From: Octopus vulgaris
Lineage: Eukaryota
DNA length: 64,000 nt
Direction: 5' to 3'
Assembly (NCBI GenBank): GCA_951406725.2
Contig: OX597822.1
Coordinates: 36,580,001-36,644,000, forward strand
The notes below the pieces were generated by a model that was not told where the DNA came from, did not search any database, and saw nothing but the letters and a program-made list of their open reading frames with translations. Positions 52,170 to 63,422 of this stretch are shown in pieces. Made by a program: the position numbers and the translations under genes. How positions within the stretch are numbered: position 1 is the stretch's first letter; each line of letters begins with the position of its first letter.

Positions 52170-54000
52170 CCTTTCGCTTTGTACCATATATTTCAACTTT
52201 ATTCTGATATCCAGTATCAGCACCCATGCTGATTCCAATCTCTCCGTCACTCACCTCAGCAACATGGACTTCCAGTTTACTCAAACTGAACTGAAAGACT
52301 CCCTACTCCCCTCGATATATCAATACATTGGTTTCCAGCTCCTCTTTCATTCCCCGAACTCTTCTAACTATCGACCCCGCCTCAACCATATCGTCTTCCC
52401 GTTTAAGATTTGACTTGTTCTTTATAATCACACAAACAATTGTAATTACCTTTTTTTTATCTTGGCAACGCTAATTACTCAACATTATCACGTTCTTATT
52501 GACAGTCTTAAAATATTCTGCTATATAATACTATACATAATTTATGTAGAAGAATTAAAGTCTGATTCAGTGTTAACTAAAACTGAAATAAATTTGCAAC
52601 GGAATTGTAATTAAAATAAATGAAAACTGTAGCTTAAATTATATGGTGAAAAATCTATTCTCTTATCACTCGTTTCCACTCCTTCCTATCGCATTCTGTG
52701 CCTGTAGAGTTGAGCAAAGAGGGAAACATTCTATCGTTTGATAGTTTTATTACTCTAAATTTATTATATGACAGAGCTGTTGTCTGAAGTGGATACCTTG
52801 TGATACTTTCAACTACAGGTTGATTTGTAAATCCTTGTTGATTCATTCATGTTAGTGTTAGCAGCCACCATTAATGCTAAAGCTCCTGCTAGTTATTTGA
52901 CTTACTGACCAATATTTTTAGCCAATCAGCTGCCAGGAAACTATGCTACCGTCCTTTCCCCCCACTTATTTACAGTAATTCATTTTGATTTTCAGTTTTC
53001 CCCTTCAGTCTCTGAACGTTCCAGAGTTCTTAAACTCCAAACCTACACATTGATTTGGATTTTTTTTTTCCATCAATGAGGCAGTGTCTGGCGTAGTAGT
53101 GACTGGCGGTCATTACTACTACTACTTCAATACTTCTCTCCTGTTTGCTGTCAGCGTAGTAAATAATAATAATAGCAGTAGTACTAGTAAACTGCAAGTT
53201 AATCAGTTCAGTAATTATTTTTTTCTTCCCACCGTGATGTAAACATTTTCTCTCATCTAATATTCTTCTCTTTCCCCTTAATTATCTCAGTTTCTATCGG
53301 CAAATTTTATCCTCTATTTTCTTGTTTACGGTGTGATTTTCATTAAAAAAAAAAAAAATTTTTTTTTACTTATTTTGTCAATTTTAAAAGGAAAATTCAT
53401 ACCAAACAGTTCTAATAGATTAGATTATATTTTCAAGAGATATTTAGGAAAATCTTATCTATTCCGTAAGAGAATATTTCAGATAGTCAATCCCTGATTT
53501 ATTCATTAAACCCTCCTCCCCCTCTCTCTTTCAGCACGAAATTGGAGCTTATTTCGATAGACGATCTCAAGAGTTACGTGTTATTAAATATATACTGAAT
53601 TAATGTACCAACGATAAACACTGCTTAGCTTACCTTTGATAAAATTTGACCAGCTGTGACCCAGGTCATACCTAACAACTGCGCTGTCTGCTGCTTGTTC
53701 TATTATTTTATAGCTCTAGGATCGCCATAAAACTTGCATCTGTCAGAGCATTATTAAAATGAAGCTAAAGTTTTTCATGTTTTAAGCTATAATATGACTT
53801 CGTGTGACATTTGAGTGGGGGAACCAGTTGTTTATAATTGCCATACTTAGAGATATTTCATTTTGAAAGCAAAATATCTTTGAGGTGAAGGTGTTAACGT
53901 GATTTCTCCGCTGTGCCAGAAAAGACCTGTCCACCCAAAAGCGAGGTTAAGTCATTCCCCACAACCTATTTCCCACCTCCCGTCCCTCCATCACTCTTCT
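52170..54000. promoter_or_regulatory. Intronic CpG-retaining, TE-poor patch with CCAAT box (candidate promoter/enhancer)
   Basis: About 35 CpG in 1.85 kb by eye versus a strongly depleted flanking intron; AGCCAATCAG at 52920-52929. Confidence 0.4.
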
Positions 54001-54013
54001 AACTACAGTACTA

Positions 54014-54433
54014 GGATCTTTTCGGTTTGAACGGCAGTTTTTTCTAGCTGTGTCATATGAAAGTGTCACCCATAATTATGACCCTAGTATCAACCTGAAA
54101 TTAGCATTTCAATCTGTTTTAGGGTTAGGGGTGGAGGGAAGGGTATATTTTTTTTCTTCAGAAATGTGAATAAACCCAATCTGTTTCTTAAACGAGGGAC
54201 ATATTCATACGGCACAGCATGTTTTTTTTTTTACCTCAATAGACGTCATTGATTGGTTGAAATTGCAGAAATTGAAGAAAAAAAAACAAATATCTTACAG
54301 ACTATAGAATTTTCTCAATAAACCCCAAAGAAAAAGATGTTTTATTAACACATTCTACCAGTATACGAAATTTAAAAGTGTTTAGTTACGTGGAAATTAT
54401 TTACAAAAACTGCCGCTCAAACCGAAAAGATCT
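54014..54433. mobile_element. Young MITE (420 bp) with ~29-bp TIRs and 8-bp TSD, possibly Merlin-type
   Basis: GGATCTTTTCGGTTTGAACGGCAGTTTTT / AAAAACTGCCGCTCAAACCGAAAAGATCT; TSD CAGTACTA at 54006-54013 and 54434-54441. Confidence 0.85.
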
Positions 54434-54451
54434 CAGTACTATTTCAGCTGC

Positions 54452-54479
<28 letters not shown>

Positions 54480-54486
<7 letters not shown>

Positions 54487-54694
54487 TCCTTTCTACTGTG
54501 GGCACAAGACCTGAAACTTTGGGGGAGGGGGCTAGCCGATTACAGCGACTCCATTGCGTAACTGGTACTTATTTCATCGACCCTGAAAGGATGAAAGGCA
54601 AAGTCGATCACTGTGGAATTTGAACTCAGAACATAAAGACAAAATGCTGTTAAGCATAAGCATTTTTCCCAGCGTGCTAATGATTCTGCCAAGC
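54480..54694 (-). mobile_element. SINE family M with a third tail type
   Basis: GGTACTTATTTCATCGACCCTGAAAGGATGAAAGGC centre; tail ends in an (ATT)n tract on the element strand. Confidence 0.8.
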
Positions 54695-55319
54695 TGAGAT
54701 TCACATATTCCATCCCCTACACTTTTGTGCTACTAGGCACCTCTCCATGTCACCCACCTTGCATTTTCAATATTACAAAATAACATTGTTGAACACTGTC
54801 CTATATCCGTCATCGTTTACTCCACCCATGTTCATCATTTTCATTCTTGGTATTCATACTAACATACCTTATATCACTTGTTGCTAAACATCTCTTCCTT
54901 GCAGTTCATGCTCTTCTCCACCTCCCTCTTTTTGTACTACCATTTTATCTCTTCCCTTATGACCCACTCCTATATCCCTCACCTTCCCCCAAGCTGATTT
55001 TCACCACTTACCTGCTTGTCATTCACTGCATGCCTATAACCTTATACTCTTTATCTCCAACCATTTGTTACTCACCCCAAACTCTTTTGAACTTACACTG
55101 TTTCCTCCTGTTCATCTATCTCTATCTTCCCACATTCACCCTTTTGTGCTGTTACAAAATGTCCTGACAAACCTCACCCCCATTATCTCTCCATTTTCAG
55201 CTGGGGCAGCCATGTATCTCCTCTACATCAAGACTCCTATTCTGATCCCTCTATCATACCCTTGCCTCTCAACACTTGGCACAAGCTACCCCCTTCAATA
55301 CTATATGCCCTACAAATCA

Positions 55320-55600
55320 AGGGATCTTGTCTTGCAAGATACTTGGCAATCTCACTTGTGTTAGTGACATGAAAGAAACACCTAATAGAGTCTGTAAAAT
55401 GGTAGGTGTTAAGAAGGGCATCCAGCTGTAGAAACCATACCAAAATAGATATTGGAGCTTGATACCTCTCTTGTCAGATCCTGTCAAGTTATCCAACATA
55501 TGCCAGTTTGGAACATGGATGCTAAATGATGATGATGATGATATATATCAACATCATCGTCATGCATCCGTTTTCCATACTGGCATGAGTTGGATTCTCT
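55320..55600. mobile_element. RTE-like tail (+) followed by a short inverted tail (-)
   Basis: ...GGATGCTAAATGATGATGATGATGA, then CATCATCGTCATGCATCCGTTTTCCATACTGGCATGAGTTGGA. Confidence 0.7.
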
Positions 55601-56099
55601 CTCAACAACAATATGTGCCATTTATAAATAAGTAACACTGCAAAATGACTGGCCAGTAAAAATTTCATTTATAACACCATCCCATCTTGTTGAAAGGATA
55701 TATGTTCTATATTATATGCCCCTCCCTTCATATTCGTCATTGATAACCTCAGTCCTGTCAACATCAACGTCAAACTCGTCATTATCAGTTTCAATTTTGT
55801 GCCCTGTTAATGTCAGTTACTTTGAGGTTTATCTCAATTTCTCTGACGTCAACTTAAATGTCATCATTGTCAGATAGTGTGAATACCTTTTAGGACATTG
55901 ACATAAAATCACAGAATGTGAAAGGAAAAGTATGTAAGCACGAAAATAATAGTTTTGTAAAGGATTACAAGCTTTGAATAATTGTAATTGTCATACTGAG
56001 CATTACTAAGTATGCATACATTTAGTATATTAGTACATTTGATATAAAACTACATAGTATGTATAGTATAGTGTGTGATTGTACACAAACACTCAAATT

Positions 56100-56492
56100 T
56101 GATGACTGGCATCCGTGCTAGTGGAGCACTAAGAGCACCATCTGAGTGTGATCGTTGCTAGAGTGGCTAACTGGCATTCATGCTGGTGGCACTTAAAAAC
56201 CACCATTCAAGTGTGATCGTTACCAGCATCGCCTTACAGGCACTTGTGCCGGTGTAACGTTAAAAAACACGATTTTTTCGTGGCCGTTGCCAGTACCGCC
56301 TGACTGGCCCTCGTGCCAGTGGCACATAAAAGCACCCACTACACTCTCGGGGTGGTTGGCATTAGGAAGGGCATCCAGCTGTAGAAATTCTGCCAGATCA
56401 AGATTGGAGACTGGTGCAGCCATCTGGTTCACCAGTCCTAAGTCAAATCGTCAAACCCATGCTAGCATGGAAAGCGGATGTTAAACGATGAT
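56100..56492 (+). mobile_element. RTE LINE 3' UTR
   Basis: Modular UTR ending AACCCATGCTAGCATGGAAAGCGGATGTTAAACGATGATG. Confidence 0.85.
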
Positions 56493-56574
56493 GTGTAATA
56501 TGTATAGTATTATGTGTGTGTGTGTATATATATATATATATAAAATGGAAGGTATAATGAATAAACGCTCCCAA

Positions 56575-56667
56575 GAGTCCATTCAAATCCATCTCTACGA
56601 TCATTTCAAAAGATGTTGCCTTACTTTATCTTTTGAAATGATCGTAGAGATGGATTTGAATGGACTC
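56575..56667. repeat. Perfect hairpin: 40-bp stem, 13-nt loop
   Basis: GAGTCCATTCAAATCCATCTCTACGATCATTTCAAAAGAT (56575-56614) is the exact reverse complement of 56628-56667. Confidence 0.97.
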
Positions 56668-56979
56668 ATCTCTGGTTACTACTTTGCTCTTAATTTATAT
56701 TATTTTAGTTTTATTGCCTTAAATTTTTAGTTGCTTTTATTATGCATTAATTTAATCCATATACTTTTCTTCGTTCCACTTGTATTACCCTTTTAGGTTT
56801 TATCACCTTGTATTCATATATATGTGTATATTTTATACTACTGGGTTTTATCATTGGATGCCTTGATGTTTTGATATATATTTGTGTTCGATTTATGATA
56901 ATATGGGAATGTTATAAAGCTGCTTTGACCAATTGGAGCATTTATTCATTATACCTTTCATTATATATATATATACACA

Positions 56980-57291
56980 CTGCTGTGTCTGGGGAGAGTG
57001 ATTCTCTTTTAGTGCCTTATAATTTAACACACTCACCAGTAAAGTTTCCACTCATTTACTTATTCATTTTTCTAAAATTTTCATTGCGTCTTGCAACCTT
57101 TTCTATAGAGAGTCAACAACTAGTTGAGTCTACAACTTTGTTGAGTCTAGTTGAGTCAACAATTATTGAAAAAGTTGCAAGACGTACCGAAAATTTTAGA
57201 AAAATAAATAAGTAAATGAGTGGAAATTTTACCGGTGAGTGTGCTAAATTATAAGGCACTGAAAGAGTATCACTCTCCCCAGACACAACAG
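56980..57291. repeat. Foldback element / MITE, ~130-bp arms
   Basis: CTGCTGTGTCTGGGGAGAGTGA...GCGTCTTGCAACCTTTTC and its reverse complement; centre with short GTTGAGTC repeats. Confidence 0.9.
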
Positions 57292-58512
57292 AATATGCTT
57301 CAACACACAAACTCACATAAAGAATCTTGCAAACCAAATCCAAAAGCGAAATATATCTATATATATACACATATATATATATACACACAAGTGATATGAA
57401 AAAGTTAGAACACTAAATACTGCATAATTAGCCTTGAGAGAACTTCTCATTTAGGTGCATGGAGCATAAAAACACACACACACAGATTGTAGCAGTAGAA
57501 ATTCATCTGTTTTTCAGCACTGGAGTTCCCATATCATATTCTGGTCTCTTGAGTGGGAAGCACTGGTCACTTTATATCAGTCAGATCTTGCTGCTATGAT
57601 ATATAGAATTTTAGGATCTTTTCAGATGCTGATGTCACAAATAGCAAGTATGCCTGTTAAAATTTAATTATTAGCTAAAGGAGCAGTATTAATACCAGAG
57701 GTAATCTTTATATCCCACATAACATGGATGCCTTATTAGAACATTGTATACTGCATTATTAGCCTTGAGAGAACCTCTTATTTAGGTACTTGGTGCATAA
57801 AAGCACACACATAGTTCATATCAAACAACAGTCGTCTGTCATAGGTGGAGGTCAGGAAAAGTCTTGACTGTGGAGAGTTCTTAATAGCTGCAACATAAAC
57901 CAGTAGACCTCAGGATAAGACAGAAAGGGAGTTTATGGTATTGATATGACATAGCTTGATATATAAATGAATAAAGTCACAGGTGAAAACCTTGGAAATG
58001 ATATAAAACGCCTTTCTATAAATAATTGTATAATTCCAAACAAAATTACATTCTAAACTGTTAATTTGTGATCACAGTTACAACTGTTTGTATTGGTATT
58101 TTATTACACGACAAATCACAGCTGATCAATGAACTAGCAAAGAACATACATTATGTGTGTGTGTTCGATAATGTTCACAACACTTGTGCTGCTTCTAATT
58201 CCTATTTGAATTATTCCTGTGGGTGCATCATTTGGGCATACCAGCAGATGGTGTTTACACCATTTTATATATAGTCATAGATAAGCTATACAATTTGGCT
58301 CTGGTCCAGTTCAGGTACCTGATGTTGATAAGCCACAAAAATAGTGAAGCATTGCTGTCCATCGCTCCTGAATGGGACTTCTAGGTGTTTTAACACCTGG
58401 TACTTTGAGAGGATCACCTCCAGTGCATCAAATCACAGCTGACTGATGAATCAGAAAAGCACATACATTGTGTATGTGTGTTCAATAATATATATATATA
58501 TATATATGATGA

Positions 58513-58547
<35 letters not shown>

Positions 58548-58873
58548 GTTAGTTAGTTAGTTAATTTGGCTCAAAAGCAAATAGCAAGGCCATGTAGGGG
58601 GACATGGAGTTAAGTACAGGGTGGTGTTCATGTAAAGAGTTCAGGCCACTTGAGGTCAAGGGAGGCTTTGAACAAAGCTGTCGTCGGCATCTTCACCATC
58701 TTGTCTGGCAGCTTGTTCCACGGATCCGCAACCCAGACGGAGAAAGCTCCTCTCCTTCGATTGAGATGAAATCGTCGCAGGTAGAGCTTTTCGGAATGAC
58801 CCCGCAGCCGACGCTCTGGAGCAGGAGTGAAGAACAGCTCTTTCGAGAGGTTACACTTTCCGCTTATGATGTT

Positions 58874-58877
<4 letters not shown>
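58548..58877 (-). mobile_element. Young CR1/L2-group LINE 3' end
   Basis: Uninterrupted ORF2 C-terminus ...RRLRGHSEKLY...RRGAFSVWVADPWNKLP...FKASLD*; short 3' UTR; (TAAC)n tail; CpG-rich; inserted in a TA microsatellite. Confidence 0.88.
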
Positions 58878-58912
<35 letters not shown>

Positions 58913-59301
58913 CACGCACATGATGATATATATATATATAAACCATTTATGTTTTAACTTTGGAGTTTGGTTTATGTAGCCTGTTCAAGAGTCCCAGTTA
59001 TCAGATATAATTATAAAATGGAAATGGATAGTTTTACTGATAATATATCTGAAAATCTGTAAATAACTGTAAAGTTTGTATAAATATTGACAAGGCAAAT
59101 GGAGTGGGCAATATGTTTTATTAGATAATTTTACAATTGCTTCATCAATACTTTAATCAAAAGAGTATTGCTATCATCCTCCTCCTCCTCATCATCATTT
59201 AATCTCTGTTGTCCATGCTGGTATGGTTTTATTGACTTAACCCCTTCCCTTCAAACTGCTGGCCTCATGCCAAAACTTGAAACCATTATTATTATTATTA
59301 T

Positions 59302-59497
59302 TAAGGTGGGAAGCTGGCAGAAGCGTTAGCATGCCGGGGAAAATGCTTAGTAGCATTTCGTCTGTCCTTATCATCTGAGTTCAAATTCCACTTACGTTGG
59401 CTTTGCTTTTCATCCTTTCATCACACTGGGGTCGATGTAATCAATTTACCCCCCTCCCCAAAATTTCAGTCCTTGTGCCTATAGTAGAAAGGATTGT
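59302..59497 (+). mobile_element. SINE family M (internally deleted)
   Basis: AAGCTGGCAGAAGCGTTAGC...GAGTTCAAATTCC...CCTTGTGCCTATAGTAGAAAGGATT. Confidence 0.8.
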
Positions 59498-61969
59498 GAA
59501 AGATTATGCCCAGGTGTCGAAACCATTTCATTATGCCATCTGTTTGAGACTCACTGAAAGGTTGCTTAATATGTTATATTTGTCAACATTCTATTAATTT
59601 AAAAGCCATCAGATTTTCTTGATGGACCCTGATAATGCTTACTGATAATCCTGTCAGCAAATCCCATGATGATATATGCTCAGTATGGTTACCTTTATTG
59701 AAAGATAATCACAAAGAACTTAAAAATCTAACATCAGTGATCTAGTAGATAAGAACATTATTTGCCTTAGTTTAGAAGTAAATGCTCCCTGTTTGAATTC
59801 AATTGGTACTCTGTAATCATTCATGAAGAACATCTAATGATAATTAGGGATAAAACTTGTAGAAATAGTAGAGATGGAAATATTAAAACATTTTCCCTTT
59901 TTAAAACTAAGCTAACAGTCCAAAAATTAATTTTCCTATAAATCCAAATTATCTTTTTATTTTTTTTCCCTCACTTCATCTATACTAGTCTAACCTTTGT
60001 AGAAACCAAACATTTCAACAAGCTGAATTACCAACATCAACTAATTTCTTGTCACATTTGTACCCATGACTGATTCAGTGAATGCTATGATTATAACATT
60101 CTCAGTATATTTCTCACCTTCAAAGCCAGTCACTATTCAGGTGTAATGATCTTGTGATTTTTGGAATCTACAGAATTCATTAGCCATTGCTATGATTAAC
60201 AACTCTGTGAGAAATAGGCAAGTTATTTACATTGACTAACTGTTCAGGTCTTTGCAATTTCTTTGTGAACTATCCATCCATATCAGTAATATTTAATCCA
60301 GTTGACTCATTTCTCAAAATGTTCTGACAACTACTGTAAAAATCCATGTAATTTGCATACAGGTGATTTTCAGGATAAAAATTGTTTAAAAAAAAGTTTA
60401 CACTCCAGTAAAATTTACATCCAAAAGTTTACAGAATTGCCAATATGGCCAGGGGAAAAGGTTTTCAATTTAGTTGTATTTAGCATAATTTCATTTACTT
60501 ATTAGATTTTAAAAAATTGTTATTAAATAAAAATAATTTCTGTTTAACAGGTATCACATTAAAAGCTAATGAATTACAAAGTGTTTGTGTTCTTTATAAA
60601 AAACTTTATTTTATGTTTCTTACCCACAAGAGATTATGTTCGGTTTTAGCATACTGCTGTATGTCTTCTCAAATCGCGATCACAGGAAAAGTTGTTGACA
60701 AGAATTATCAACAAAACAAAGCTGATAAACATGCACAGGTGTTGCTAATTAAGTTTAATTACCAATAAACATCAGCTACCAAGTAAAATATGTAAAATAT
60801 GGCTGGGACCATGATTACCAGCATGAACATCAGACTTCAAAAGGTAGTTAACCATTTAATGGTTTTAGTAAATTTATACAGAAACAGTAAGCATAATACC
60901 ATCCAGCATAAATAAAAGTCAACTTCATTATATTTCAGCCATTATTTTTTATGTAAAAACCTATTCTGACATTGAGTCAACTTGACAATATGAATGTTTA
61001 TGTCTTTTTTCAGCAAAAAATTTCTAAAAAATATTCTGTAAATGATCTACTTCTGTAATTTATACACCTCTAAAGTTTATTTTTGCGGGGGGAGGGGAAT
61101 GCATAAATTACATGTGTTTTTACAGTAACTTGTTACTGACCTGTTTTCCATCACTCTTCTACAGCTATTACACTATCTTCTACTTGTCTGACTTTTTGAG
61201 TCTATTTTGTCCTTACTTTGATTAGCTTCTGGCACATCTTTTCTTCTATGACCGTCACTGTTTTCTATTCACTTGAACTCATTGATTCTATACTTTTTAA
61301 AAATTGGTTTGTGGTCTGCTGGAAAGGAGCCATTCCCAAGGATTTTTCAGGCTGACCAACACCAATACAAACAAATTTGTTAACCTCCTGCTCAATGGCT
61401 GCATAATGAACATATAAGTGGAGAGAGTTCATGGGTTGTGCAACAAATTGAAGACAAACTTCATAATTTGGATGATGGTCTTACAAGAGAGTTGTAGTGC
61501 TTGGCAAGACCAATCCTGTATGTGGAGATGAGATGAGCTTTTTAAATTAAACATTAAGTACTTTAGCCTTGCCTGTATAGAAGGCAGTATTTCTTACAAA
61601 TGAAAAACGAACACATTTCATGTTTTTCGGCAGAAATTTTTCTCAGCAACTTTTGGTCCAGCCTACATCCAATGCTTTAACTAGATGCTAAGTTGAATTT
61701 TAAATTCCATTTTTAAAATTTCATTGGTCTTCTGGAGTGTTTTTTCTGCTTTCTAATTATTTTTGCTCAGTTAGTAATATGCTGTAGAAATATTCAATAT
61801 TGTTAGTTTGTTGGCTATGATGAGAGAAACAGCAAGAACCTACATCAACTGTTGAAATTTATATTTGACTTGAGCTTCAGATATTGACTTAAAACTGGTA
61901 CTCAATATCAAAGCTATGTTTTTATATGGTCATATTTTTATTGGGTAGTATATTAATAATAATGGTAAT

Positions 61970-62530
61970 AACCCATGCCAGTGTCATGTAAAAAGCAGAG
62001 TTCGTGTGTTAGGCCTCATGGAGGCAGTGATGTCAAGCCAAGTGGGATCATAATCATGGCCAATGCCAGTGTCATGTAACTTGCCCATTAAAAACACCTT
62101 TTGGGTGATATGCTGCGCTTTTGAAGACCTGTTGAATCAAGTGAAATCATAGTCGTGACTGATGCCAGTGCCATATGACTTGTACCCATACCAGTGGCAC
62201 ATACAAAGCACCATTCAAATGTTGGGCCTCATGGAGGCAGTGACAGTTGACCAAGACCCTTGGTGATATACTGTGCTTGTGTTGACCTGTCAAACCAAAT
62301 GAGTCCATAGTTGTGGCTGATGCTAGTGTCAGGTCAATGGCACCCATGCTGGTGGCACATAAAAAGCACCCACTATGCTCTCAGAGTGGTTGGCGTTAGG
62401 AAGGGCATCCAGCTGTAGAAACCTTGCCAAATCAGATTGGAACCTGGTGCAGCCCCCAGACTTACCAGTTTTCAGTTGAACCATCCAAACCAGCCAGCAT
62501 GGAAAGCAGACATTAAATGATGTTGATGAT
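61970..62530 (+). mobile_element. RTE LINE 3' UTR with repeated modules
   Basis: Repeated GCCAGTGTCATGTAA / GGCCTCATGGAGGCAGTGA modules followed by the common tail. Confidence 0.8.
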
Positions 62531-62559
62531 AATGAATAGTAAGAATGTTAATAATATCA

Positions 62560-62805
62560 TCCTTAATCAGTCCTTATTCAGGAACCTTTTGAGCAGGATA
62601 GGTTCCTTGACCTAAAGAAAATTCCAACTGGTCTGCATCTGCAAGTTCATGTGCTGTTTATCTTGATATGAGGTCACCATGTCATGCACATATGGTTGTG
62701 ATGCATGTGCCTGGTGTACCCTTAATAGATGGGTAGTCATGATGCTTGTATTGGGCTTTGTATATTTGTATCCCAGCATCACTTTGATGTGCTGCTCTCT
62801 CACTC

Positions 62806-62840
<35 letters not shown>

Positions 62841-62842
62841 TA
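62560..62842 (+). mobile_element. Probable retroposon 3' end with (TAA)n tail
   Basis: More GC-balanced block ending CTCTCTCACTC(AAT)n; no second copy seen in the window. Confidence 0.4.
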
Positions 62843-63422
62843 ATATTTTTCTCTAAAAATAATTAGAATTAAGCAAGTATCAGTAAAGAAAATATTTTGA
62901 AGCAGGTGGCCGAGAAAAACAAAGTGATTTCTAAGCTCTACATTCTTTCTTATCAAATATTCTGTCAAGTCTTCTCTTGGCATTTTTCCATAAATTTATT
63001 TATAAAGCAGTTTGTGTAACAGGAAACGTATCATTTAGATCCTTGTTACGTGCAAATTAGTTTTCGTCTTCTAGGAAACTTAAATCTTTCTCTTTTACAT
63101 ACTTTCATGTGAATATCAAGAAATATTTATCAAATTTTTGCCTTTTCTCTGATTCTTTGTATCATTTGTTTCCTTTGAAGAATCTGTAAAAATTGTTTTG
63201 GGGTTCTGTCTGAACAGAATATATAAAATAAGTCCCAATCAATTAGTAAATAGATTATGAAGATGCTAATAATTGTGATCTTAGTAACACTTCTTGTATA
63301 TTATATTCACTGCTCTAATCAAAAGATTAATTCTTTCTTGTTGTTTTTTTCCAAAATTGCATTTTTATAAAGATTATTAAAACTAATAGAATTTTTATTT
63401 TTCTCCTTTTTGAATTTTTCAG

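Larger units (their letters stand above)
7221..63422 (+). other. 56,202-bp GT-AG phase-0 intron splitting BH2
   Basis: Begins GTAAGA; ends with a polypyrimidine tract ...TTTTTCTCCTTTTTGAATTTTTCAG; joining gives GGW|DGFVEFY. Confidence 0.9.

Noticed and set aside
54118-54131. Telomeric TTAGGG repeats
   Set aside because: Only two units, inside a MITE
59600-61900. Possible degraded minus-strand coding sequence
   Set aside because: Many stops and no motif I can assign; may be an old transposon relic and needs TBLASTX/HMM searches
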